DNA of 64,000 nt from an uncultured Pelagibacteraceae bacterium (lineage in GTDB: Bacteria; Pseudomonadota; Alphaproteobacteria; Pelagibacterales; AG-422-B15): assembly GCA_902578305.1 (NCBI GenBank), contig CACHCK010000001.1, forward strand, positions 73,862 through 137,861, in the 5' to 3' direction. The position numbers and the translations under genes were made by a program. A model generated the notes under the pieces. The model was not told where the DNA came from, did not search any database, and saw only the letters and a program-made list of their open reading frames with translations. Position 1 is the stretch's first letter. Each line of letters opens with the position of its first letter. This document shows, piece after piece, positions 44,897 through 53,173 of the stretch.

Positions 44897-45745
44897 ATGG
44901 ATTTAAAAATTCAAATGTCTGGCCAATCATGTGGAGCCGAAATATCTAATGTTGATTTAAAAAAAGATCTATCTAACTTCCAAGTTAAATTAATAAGAGA
45001 GCTTTGGTTAGAACACCATGTACTAAGTTTTCCCAACCAAGCTTTATCTGATAATGATCTAGAACGTTTTACTCTATATTTTGGTTCTTTTGGCGACGAC
45101 CCATTTATTGCCTCAATACCTGGAAGAGATAATATAATTGCTGTTAAAAGAACAGCTGATGAAAAAGTCCCAATCTTTGCAGATAATTGGCATACTGATT
45201 GGAGTTTTCAAAAAAATCCACCAGCAGGTACATGTTTATTTGGAAAAATAATTCCATCAGAAGGCGGTGATACGTTGTTTGCGAACCAACATTTAGCATT
45301 AGAGCGCATGCCCTCAGAGTTAAGAAAAAAGTTGGAGGGAAAAAAAGCAATTCACTCAGCCCTCGTGCCTTATTCCCCGGGGGGTGGCTATGGTGATAAG
45401 GATAGAGAAATGGGAAGAAGCATGGATATAAGAGCGTCAAATGATGCTTTTGCTCAACAAATACATCCTATTATTCAGAGTCATCCTGAAACAAATAAAG
45501 AGGGTATTTATGGCACGGTTGGTTATATCATTGGTATTGATGGCATGGATAACCAGGAAGCTATGGAATTACTTATGGAATTGAGTGCATGGCAGTGTAG
45601 AGATGAATTTGTTTATAGACATAAATGGAAAAAAGATATGTTAACTATGTGGGACAATAGAAGTGTTCTACATCGAGCAACTGGCGGTTATGAAGGACAA
45701 GAACGTCTCTTACACCGTACAACCATTGCAGCCTACGGAATGTAA
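44897..45745 (+). CDS. TauD/TfdA-family Fe(II)/2OG dioxygenase
   Basis: WHTDWS (HxD), GGDTLFAN, WDNRSVLHRA, RLLHRTT. Confidence 0.93.
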   Translation: MDLKIQMSGQSCGAEISNVDLKKDLSNFQVKLIRELWLEHHVLSFPNQALSDNDLERFTLYFGSFGDDPFIASIPGRDNIIAVKRTADEKVPIFADNWHTDWSFQKNPPAGTCLFGKIIPSEGGDTLFANQHLALERMPSELRKKLEGKKAIHSALVPYSPGGGYGDKDREMGRSMDIRASNDAFAQQIHPIIQSHPETNKEGIYGTVGYIIGIDGMDNQEAMELLMELSAWQCRDEFVYRHKWKKDMLTMWDNRSVLHRATGGYEGQERLLHRTTIAAYGM

Positions 45746-45755
45746 AATATATTTT

Positions 45756-46733
45756 ATGGTAAAATTAAAAAAAGTTTTAAAATACTTTCTACTGCTCATA
45801 CTAATTTTATTAGCATTCATTATCTATAATTCCGTATACTTTGATATACCAAAAGAAAATGTTATTGCGAAACATGCAAAGGGGGCCTCAGAATTTATAG
45901 AACTCAAAGATGGATCGTTAATTCATGTAAGGGATGAAGGAAATAAAAATGGAAGTACTTTAGTTTTAATACACGGATTTAATGGGTCACTTTTTAATTT
46001 CGAAAGTATGAATAAATTTTTATTAGATGATTTTAGAATAATATCATTGGACTTGCCAGCTCATGGATTAACAGGACCAGTCAATAGTGATAATTATTCT
46101 ATTGATGGATTTATTAGAGTCATTAACGAAGTATTAAAAATTAAAAATATAAATGAATTTTTTCTTGCAGGCCACTCTATGGGTGGAAGAGTTGTTTGGG
46201 ATTATACAATTGACTATCCAGAAGAAGTGAGTGGTTTACTGATTATAGGCTCAGCTTTTTTAGCAAGCGAGGAAGAATACAAAGAATTTCAGTCAGAGAA
46301 TGCCCCGCCAATTGCATTTAAACTCTTAGAAATTCCATTCTTTAGGCAAATGCTTGGCTATATAACGCCAAGATTTATTGTAACTCAGGCCGCTTACCAA
46401 ACGGTTTATAACCAGAATATCATAACTGAGGAATTAATTGATCAATTTCATGAAATAATTTTACTTGAAGGCTCTAGAGAGGCAATTGGTAATCTGATAG
46501 TTAATAATGAAAAAGACTTTGTTACTAACCCTAAATTACTGCAAAACATAAAAGTTCCTACTTTAATACTCCATGGTGAAGAGGATAATTTAGTTGATGT
46601 AAGATTTAATAGACACTTTTTAGAAAATATTCCTAATATAAGCTTAATTTTATACCCTAAAGTTGGTCATATGCCTCCAATGGAAATACCGGAAATAATA
46701 GCTGAAGATATCAAAAATTTTATAGTAAATTAA
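45756..46733 (+). CDS. Membrane-anchored alpha/beta hydrolase (esterase/lipase-like)
   Basis: N-terminal TM from ATG 45756; HGFNG, DLPAHG, GHSMGG, GEEDNL, GHMPPME. Confidence 0.9.
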   Translation: MVKLKKVLKYFLLLILILLAFIIYNSVYFDIPKENVIAKHAKGASEFIELKDGSLIHVRDEGNKNGSTLVLIHGFNGSLFNFESMNKFLLDDFRIISLDLPAHGLTGPVNSDNYSIDGFIRVINEVLKIKNINEFFLAGHSMGGRVVWDYTIDYPEEVSGLLIIGSAFLASEEEYKEFQSENAPPIAFKLLEIPFFRQMLGYITPRFIVTQAAYQTVYNQNIITEELIDQFHEIILLEGSREAIGNLIVNNEKDFVTNPKLLQNIKVPTLILHGEEDNLVDVRFNRHFLENIPNISLILYPKVGHMPPMEIPEIIAEDIKNFIVN

Positions 46734-46747
46734 ATTTGTTTAAAGTT

Positions 46748-48061
46748 ATGATAAATGAAAAATTGATACTACCTTGTGGCGCTGAAATTAAAAATAGATT
46801 TCTTAAATCAGCAATGACTGAGGGTTTAGCAAAAAGTGATGCGGCAGCAAATAAAAGACATAATAATCTCTATGAAAGATGGGCTAAAGGTGGAATAGGA
46901 ATTTCTGTTACAGGTAATGTTCAAGTTGATCATCGATATATTGAACGAGCTGGTAATGTCGTAATAGAAGGAAAACAGTCTAATGAAAGTTTAGCTGCTT
47001 TAGCCGACTGGTCAAAAGCTGGAACGCAAAATAATACTCACCTATGGATGCAATTAAGTCATGCCGGCAGGCAGACTCCTTTTAGTATTAACAAAGAGAG
47101 CAGGGCGCCCTCAGTTCAACCTTTACCTACCCTGGGCGGAGTTCTAAAGTTTGGAGTGCCAAAAGAGCTTAGCCAATCTGAAATCTTGAATATAATTGAT
47201 CAATTTGTAAATGCCGCTGAGGTTGCAAAGCAAACAGGGTTCACTGGCGTTCAACTGCATTCAGCTCACGGCTATCTTCTCTCAGAATTCTTATCACCAA
47301 ATGTTAATCAACGAACTGATGAGTGGGGAGGTAGCATTGAAAATCGATCCAGATTACTAATTACAGCAATTGAAGCGATCCGAGATAAAGTTGGAAGTAA
47401 TTTTCCTATTTCAGTAAAACTTAATTCAAGTGATTTTCAAAAGGGTGGATTTACTCACGAGGAAAGTATTAAAGTTGCAAGGATACTGAATAATACCTCT
47501 CTTGACTTACTTGAAATTTCTGGTGGAACTTATGAAAATTTTACTGCATTGGAAATGGATTCATTTAACTTAAAGAAAGCAAAAACAATAAAACCCCAGC
47601 GTAGCACGAAAGTAAGAGAAGCTTATTTCTTGAAATACGCTGAAGCTATTAAAGATGTAATTTCAATTCCTTTAGCAGTTACAGGAGGCTTTCGCTCTGC
47701 AGAGGGCATGAACAATGCGCTTCAAAGCGGAGCTTGTGATGTAATTGGTTTGGGAAGGCCGCTTTGCTCAGAACCGGACATTGTAAATAAATTAATTAGT
47801 GGTGAAAAAAAATCAGCAATTCTATATGAAAATATGCTGGAATTTGGTCCGTGGATACTTGGCTTAAACAGCCCGATATCACTTATGCGTTCTAATAATA
47901 AAGCTGCTCAAGTTTATTGGTGTTATCGTCAAATATTAAAAATCGCTGACGGCAATGAAGTTGATACAAAGCTAGGACTTTTTAAGGCATTTCTTGATCA
48001 CTTCAGAGATGATTCCGCTAACAGCAAAAAATATAAAGCCTATTGGAAAGATCTGGATTGA
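46748..48061 (+). CDS. NADH:flavin oxidoreductase / Old Yellow Enzyme family
   Basis: NRFLKSAMTE, QLSHAGRQ, HSAHGYLLSEFLSP, RTDEWGGS, GRP. Confidence 0.92.
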   Translation: MINEKLILPCGAEIKNRFLKSAMTEGLAKSDAAANKRHNNLYERWAKGGIGISVTGNVQVDHRYIERAGNVVIEGKQSNESLAALADWSKAGTQNNTHLWMQLSHAGRQTPFSINKESRAPSVQPLPTLGGVLKFGVPKELSQSEILNIIDQFVNAAEVAKQTGFTGVQLHSAHGYLLSEFLSPNVNQRTDEWGGSIENRSRLLITAIEAIRDKVGSNFPISVKLNSSDFQKGGFTHEESIKVARILNNTSLDLLEISGGTYENFTALEMDSFNLKKAKTIKPQRSTKVREAYFLKYAEAIKDVISIPLAVTGGFRSAEGMNNALQSGACDVIGLGRPLCSEPDIVNKLISGEKKSAILYENMLEFGPWILGLNSPISLMRSNNKAAQVYWCYRQILKIADGNEVDTKLGLFKAFLDHFRDDSANSKKYKAYWKDLD

Positions 48062-48588
48062 AAAAAATTATTTTAATACTGGTACTTTTTCATTCATCTT
48101 TTGTTTTTGCAGACCAAAAAGACAGTCGATTGAACAGTTTGTTTGATGAGTTATTTTTAAGTAATGACAATATGCAAGCCAGTTCTATTTTAGCTGACAT
48201 TTGGAATATATGGTCTATTGCAGAAAATATTGAAGCCCAAAAAATATTTGATGAAGGCAACAAAATGATGAATCGTGGAAGTTTAGAAGAAGCAATAGCT
48301 TTATTTACGCAGGTAATTGATCTTAAACCTGATTTTGCAGAAGGTTGGAACAAAAGAGCTACTGTTCTCTTTTTAAAAGGTGATTTAGAGGCTTCAATTT
48401 CTGATATCCAAAAAACTCTTGAACTAGAACCAAGACACTTTGGAGCACTTGATGGACTTGCGGAAATCTATTTAATTCAGGATGATCTTTTGGGAGCTGC
48501 AGCAACGTATAAAAGAATTCTGGAAATTATCCCAACAAGTAAAAAATCTCAAGACCGACTCAAATTAATTAACGAACTTGTTGTTTAA
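48058..48588 (+). CDS. Exported TPR protein
   Basis: Signal peptide from probable TTG at 48058; PDFAEGWNKRAT and LEPRHFGAL TPRs. Confidence 0.85.
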   Translation: MKKIILILVLFHSSFVFADQKDSRLNSLFDELFLSNDNMQASSILADIWNIWSIAENIEAQKIFDEGNKMMNRGSLEEAIALFTQVIDLKPDFAEGWNKRATVLFLKGDLEASISDIQKTLELEPRHFGALDGLAEIYLIQDDLLGAAATYKRILEIIPTSKKSQDRLKLINELVV

Positions 48589-48590
48589 TT

Positions 48591-49151
48591 ATGTGTGGGC
48601 GTTTCGTTCTCTCCGACAAAAAAGTTATTAAAGAAAAATTTAATGTTGAACTATCACCCTCATATAACATAGCTCCGTCACAAGATGTATTGGTTATAAA
48701 ACCAGATCCCGTTTTTATGAAATGGTCATATTCACCAAAATGGAAAGATGATATGAACTTGATTAATTGTCGTCACGAAACGTTGTTAGAAAAACCTTCT
48801 TTTAGGGGATCACTTAGATGTGTTTTTCTTGCAAATGGTTGGTATGAATGGCAGAGGCAAAATAACTCTAAAACTCCTTTTTTTCATTATATTGAGAATG
48901 AATTGCTGTACTTTGCTGGTATTTATAATTTGAATAGTGGATGTGCAGTTGTAACTTGCCAGTCAAGTGAAACTGTTTCTCGTGTGCATCATAGACAACC
49001 TTTGCTTCTTGATGAGTCTCAAATAACTGAATGGATAAAAGGTAAGCATGAAATTGAAAGAAAAAAAGACAATCAAGTTCAAGTCTATGAAGTTTCAAAA
49101 AATGTTAATAGTCCTCGTAACGACAACCCTGAGTTGTTAGAAAAACCTTAA
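48591..49151 (+). CDS. SOS response-associated peptidase (SRAP/YedK/HMCES abasic-site protein)
   Basis: N-terminal MCGRF, SYNIAPSQ, INCRHE, GWYEW, HHRQP. Confidence 0.92.
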   Translation: MCGRFVLSDKKVIKEKFNVELSPSYNIAPSQDVLVIKPDPVFMKWSYSPKWKDDMNLINCRHETLLEKPSFRGSLRCVFLANGWYEWQRQNNSKTPFFHYIENELLYFAGIYNLNSGCAVVTCQSSETVSRVHHRQPLLLDESQITEWIKGKHEIERKKDNQVQVYEVSKNVNSPRNDNPELLEKP

Positions 49152-49167
49152 TCTATATAATTACAAA

Positions 49168-50772
49168 ATGAGTAAATTTTATACGTTCATAGATAGCACT
49201 TTTATTGATTTAGGAAGGCAATTTAAATTAAGCTATCTACCGCCTTTGATGATATATGTTGCTGCCGGTGTTTCGGGTTTAACCGGAATCGTTGGAACCT
49301 TTTTTGTAAAAGATTATCTAAATCTTTCGGCTGCTTTTTTAGCAGGACTTGGTTTTTGGGCAGGAATTCCATGGGCATTAAAGATGCCACTTGGTCATTT
49401 GGTTGATCTAATTTGGGAAAGAAAAGATTATCTTGTTTATGTGGGCGCATCACTCATCGCTTTAAGTCTTGCGATCATGTTTGGCCTTATTATTCATACT
49501 GACTTGATGGTAAGGTACTTAAGTGTTGAAACCTGGTATGTTATTAGCGTTCTCCTAGCTCCGATAGGTTATGTGGTTCAAGACGTTGTTGCGGATGCAA
49601 TGACAGTTGAAGCAGTTCCAAACATAGATTCCAGAGGAAACCAATACTCACCTGATGTAATAAAAAATATGCATACCACCATGCAGACATTAGGTAGATT
49701 TGCTATTATTGGCGGTACAGTAATTGTTGCATTAATTAATGTTGTTATTTTCAGTAGCGTTGAGGCTGAAACTGAACAAGAAAAAATAATTTTATACGGG
49801 AATATTTACCTCTTCGCACTGATCATTCCGTTCATATCAGTATTAGGGGTATTGCTTTCAATTTATTTAAAAAAGAAAAAAAACGACCAACTTTCAAAGT
49901 TAGGTATAGATCATCAAATCGAAATTGAAAAAACTAAGGTTGATTGGTGGATACTTGGAGGCTCTCTCGTTTTTGTAATTTTTACACTTAGCGTGGGAGG
50001 ATTTAATCTTCCGTATGCACAAGAGATCGTATTCATTGGATCAATAAGTATTATATTTTTTCTTATGGCTAAACTAATGCGTCAACTTCCTGAGTCGATG
50101 CGACTCACAATTTTAGGAACTGCAATCATAATATTTGTTTTCAGAGCAATGCCAGGTCCGGGCCCAGGCCTTACCTGGTTTGAGATTGATAATTTAGGAT
50201 TTGATGAGCAGTTCTTTTCTGTCCTTTCTCTTCTTGCCTCCTGTCTGACTTTACTTGGCATCATTATTTTAAGGCCTTTTATGGTCAATAACTCAATTGC
50301 AAAAATTATAGTGATATTATCAATTGCTGGAGCAATATTATTTTTGCCAAGCGTTGGCATGTATCATGGATTGCATGATTGGACCTCGTCATTAACTAAT
50401 GATGTTGTGGATGCACGATTTATTGCAATATTTAATACAGCTTTAGAGTCACCCCTAGGACAAGTTTCAATGATTCCACTGCTTGCGTGGATTGCAAGAA
50501 ATGCTCCAGCTCATCTAAAGGCTACATTTTTTGCTGTTTTTGCATCGTTTACAAATTTAGCTCTATCCGCAAGTGCATTGCTTACAAAGTATCTGAATCA
50601 AATTTACGAAGTAACGAGGGAAGTCAAGAATAAGGTAACAAATGAGATACTTTCAATTGCCGATTATTCTGATCTTGGTATTTTATTGATTGTTGTAACT
50701 TTGCTCACTCTTTTGGTACCAACAATTTCTGTTATAATCATTCAGAAAACTAGTCTAAAAACGGATGAATAA
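49168..50772 (+). CDS. Folate-biopterin transporter (BT1/FBT) family MFS protein
   Basis: IPWALKMPLG, QDVVADAMTVE, ATFFAVFASFTNL; about 12 TM segments. Confidence 0.78.
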   Translation: MSKFYTFIDSTFIDLGRQFKLSYLPPLMIYVAAGVSGLTGIVGTFFVKDYLNLSAAFLAGLGFWAGIPWALKMPLGHLVDLIWERKDYLVYVGASLIALSLAIMFGLIIHTDLMVRYLSVETWYVISVLLAPIGYVVQDVVADAMTVEAVPNIDSRGNQYSPDVIKNMHTTMQTLGRFAIIGGTVIVALINVVIFSSVEAETEQEKIILYGNIYLFALIIPFISVLGVLLSIYLKKKKNDQLSKLGIDHQIEIEKTKVDWWILGGSLVFVIFTLSVGGFNLPYAQEIVFIGSISIIFFLMAKLMRQLPESMRLTILGTAIIIFVFRAMPGPGPGLTWFEIDNLGFDEQFFSVLSLLASCLTLLGIIILRPFMVNNSIAKIIVILSIAGAILFLPSVGMYHGLHDWTSSLTNDVVDARFIAIFNTALESPLGQVSMIPLLAWIARNAPAHLKATFFAVFASFTNLALSASALLTKYLNQIYEVTREVKNKVTNEILSIADYSDLGILLIVVTLLTLLVPTISVIIIQKTSLKTDE

Positions 50773-50775
50773 TTT

Positions 50776-50943
50776 ATGAAAAATGTATTACAGATCCTTG
50801 GTGTTTTTTTTGTAGGCGCCCTAATAGGTTTTATTTTATTAAGCTTTGGTTTGTCGGTAGATATTTCAATGATGTCAGGTACGGTAGTAATTCTTGTACT
50901 GGCTTACCTTGTTACTAAACAAAATAATAAGGAAAGAAAATAA
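50776..50943 (+). CDS. Small two-TM membrane protein (55 aa, not in ORF track)
   Basis: MKNVLQILGVFFVGALIGFILLSFGLSVDISMMSGTVVILVLAYLVTKQNNKERK*. Fills the gap exactly; its stop overlaps the next ATG (TAATG). Confidence 0.75.
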   Translation: MKNVLQILGVFFVGALIGFILLSFGLSVDISMMSGTVVILVLAYLVTKQNNKERK

Positions 50944-51797
50944 TGGTTCAAATTCCAAGCGATCAAATTAAATCTAGAGAAATACTTAATTGGAAGGGTT
51001 TGCATTTATTTCATTTTAGAACTTCGTCATGTTCACAAAAACTTAGGATTTATTTAAACTTAAAAAAAATTTCATGGATACCTCACAGCATTAATCTTGC
51101 TACAGGTAAAAACTATTCAGAATTCTTTCTAGGTATCAATCCTAAAGGACTGGTTCCTGTTCTAGTGGATGATGGTCGTGTTGAAATTGAGAGTAATGAT
51201 ATTCTTATATACCTTGAGAATAAATTTCCTGAAAACTCACTTGTTCCTGAAACCGATACAACAGAAATTGATAAATTACTAAAAGAAGAAGATGATTTGC
51301 ATGAGGATATAAGAAATATTGCTTATCGATATATGTTTGGTGGACTCGGCAAAAAAGACCCAAAAGAATTAGATGCCTTTGAGAAATATAAATCATCTAA
51401 TAGTGAGCTGGACTATCTAAAGTTAAAAGAAGTAAAGTTTTATAAGTCATTTCGTGAAAATGGAATAACTGATGAGGCGGTTAGGAATTCACTCAATAAT
51501 TTTTGTAAATGTTATGATAAATACGAAACTCTATTAAATAAGCAAAAATACTTAATGGGTAGTAATCTTTCAATGCTTGATATTGCCTGGTTTATTTATA
51601 CATATAGGCTTTACGTCTCAGGATTTCCATTTAAAGACTGTTATCCAAAAATATCAGCATGGTTTCTTGACCTTTATTCTCGAAAAGAATTTTTTAAAGA
51701 GGTTAATGATCCGTTACCTCTAAAGCTAATTAGGCTTTACGCTAAGACATCAACATCTTTAAGCGGAAAGTCAATTAAAGCTCTGCTCTCAAAATAA
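50943..51797 (+). CDS. Glutathione S-transferase family protein (GDAP1/TCHQ-dehalogenase-like)
   Basis: SSCSQKLR, INPKGLVPVL, ESNDILIYL, YLMGSNLSMLDIAW. Confidence 0.88.
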   Translation: MVQIPSDQIKSREILNWKGLHLFHFRTSSCSQKLRIYLNLKKISWIPHSINLATGKNYSEFFLGINPKGLVPVLVDDGRVEIESNDILIYLENKFPENSLVPETDTTEIDKLLKEEDDLHEDIRNIAYRYMFGGLGKKDPKELDAFEKYKSSNSELDYLKLKEVKFYKSFRENGITDEAVRNSLNNFCKCYDKYETLLNKQKYLMGSNLSMLDIAWFIYTYRLYVSGFPFKDCYPKISAWFLDLYSRKEFFKEVNDPLPLKLIRLYAKTSTSLSGKSIKALLSK

Positions 51798-53119
51798 TGA
51801 CTGCCCAAGACAGATCATCCATACTTGAGGGATACTATAAATCTCATTGGCCTGTTGAATGTGGTGGAAATCGACGCCAAAAGGCAACCAATGGATCATT
51901 AAATGCTCGTGAAAAAAAAGCTGTTGTACAAAGCATACGAAATGAACGTTGGAATGTTATGACAATTTATCGCGATAATAATGAAATTTTTTTGGGCGGT
52001 ACGATGCCAAGCTTTACTGGTCCAGAACCATTTGGATGGCTTCAAAAAATTGAACCTGAATCTTTGGAAATATTAGGGGAAACGCCAAAATTACCATGCG
52101 GTGATCACGTCTGGTGTGGCGCTATCGCAGCACATCAAAACGGCAATATCATTAAGGTTAATGGAAACTACATCCATAGTATTTCAAAAGAATGTGAGGT
52201 GATTAAAGAGTCAAAATTACCCATTGATCAGGCACATAACGGTTTACTAGTATTATCAGATGGAACAATCGTCACTAAAGATTTACGGTTAGAAGGTCAA
52301 GGTTGTTCAACAATTACAAGATTAGATCAAAATCTAGATGTTTTACATGAACCCATACAATTGCCTGAGGGGTCTATGGGAAGAATTGCCTCAGACAAAA
52401 CAGAAGATGGGGAGTTCATTTTTATTCCAGGTATCGAAAAAATATGGAAAATAAAAGTTCTACCTAATGATTTAGAAGTTAGTTCAGACTGGTCACCTAA
52501 TTATAGGAAATCAAATGATGATCAAGGATTATCATGGGATGGCTGTATATCAGATGGATCACTCTGGCTGATGAATAACGGAGACATTGACTCATTAAGA
52601 GCGATTTATTCAACTCATCCAAATGGTAGATTTAAAACTGCACCAAAAGAATTAAGTTGGAGACGTCCTGCTCCTTGGTCATGTAAGCAAAGGCTTTATA
52701 GATTTGATTTAATGTCAGAACAATTTGAATATATCGAACCATTTGAAAATCATGGAGGGGGTATTATTGCACCACCTGTAAATATTCCCGAATGTAAAAT
52801 CTGTGTATGCTGGGATAGTATAAATGGTGGCATAGCAGGTATTGATACATCAAATAACTCGCTAAAAATATCATGGAAGATTGATAGTCTTAGACCAACA
52901 ATGCAACCAGTTGTGTTTCCTGAAAGCAAAGAGTTAGTAATTAATAGTTTCGAAAATAATGACGATCACTTAGTGGTAATAGACCTATCTAGTGGAGAAA
53001 TACTCTCAAAGGTTGCACTCAATTCACCTCTTGCTAATGGCATGTTTTTAACACCAGGCTTAAAGAATGATATTTTTTATTGCTCAACAAGAACATTTGC
53101 TCGCGTATCATGGAAATAA
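51797..53119 (+). CDS. Hypothetical Cys/Trp-rich protein, probable beta-propeller
   Basis: 440-aa ORF coupled to the GST; repeated beta-strand units such as LVVIDLSSGEIL, IAGIDT...SWK and LVLSDGTIVT; no signal peptide. Confidence 0.7.
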   Translation: MTAQDRSSILEGYYKSHWPVECGGNRRQKATNGSLNAREKKAVVQSIRNERWNVMTIYRDNNEIFLGGTMPSFTGPEPFGWLQKIEPESLEILGETPKLPCGDHVWCGAIAAHQNGNIIKVNGNYIHSISKECEVIKESKLPIDQAHNGLLVLSDGTIVTKDLRLEGQGCSTITRLDQNLDVLHEPIQLPEGSMGRIASDKTEDGEFIFIPGIEKIWKIKVLPNDLEVSSDWSPNYRKSNDDQGLSWDGCISDGSLWLMNNGDIDSLRAIYSTHPNGRFKTAPKELSWRRPAPWSCKQRLYRFDLMSEQFEYIEPFENHGGGIIAPPVNIPECKICVCWDSINGGIAGIDTSNNSLKISWKIDSLRPTMQPVVFPESKELVINSFENNDDHLVVIDLSSGEILSKVALNSPLANGMFLTPGLKNDIFYCSTRTFARVSWK

Positions 53120-53173
53120 ATTAGACTGAATATTTATCCTTTCAAAAAACAACTATTTTTGTAAAATTTTTGA

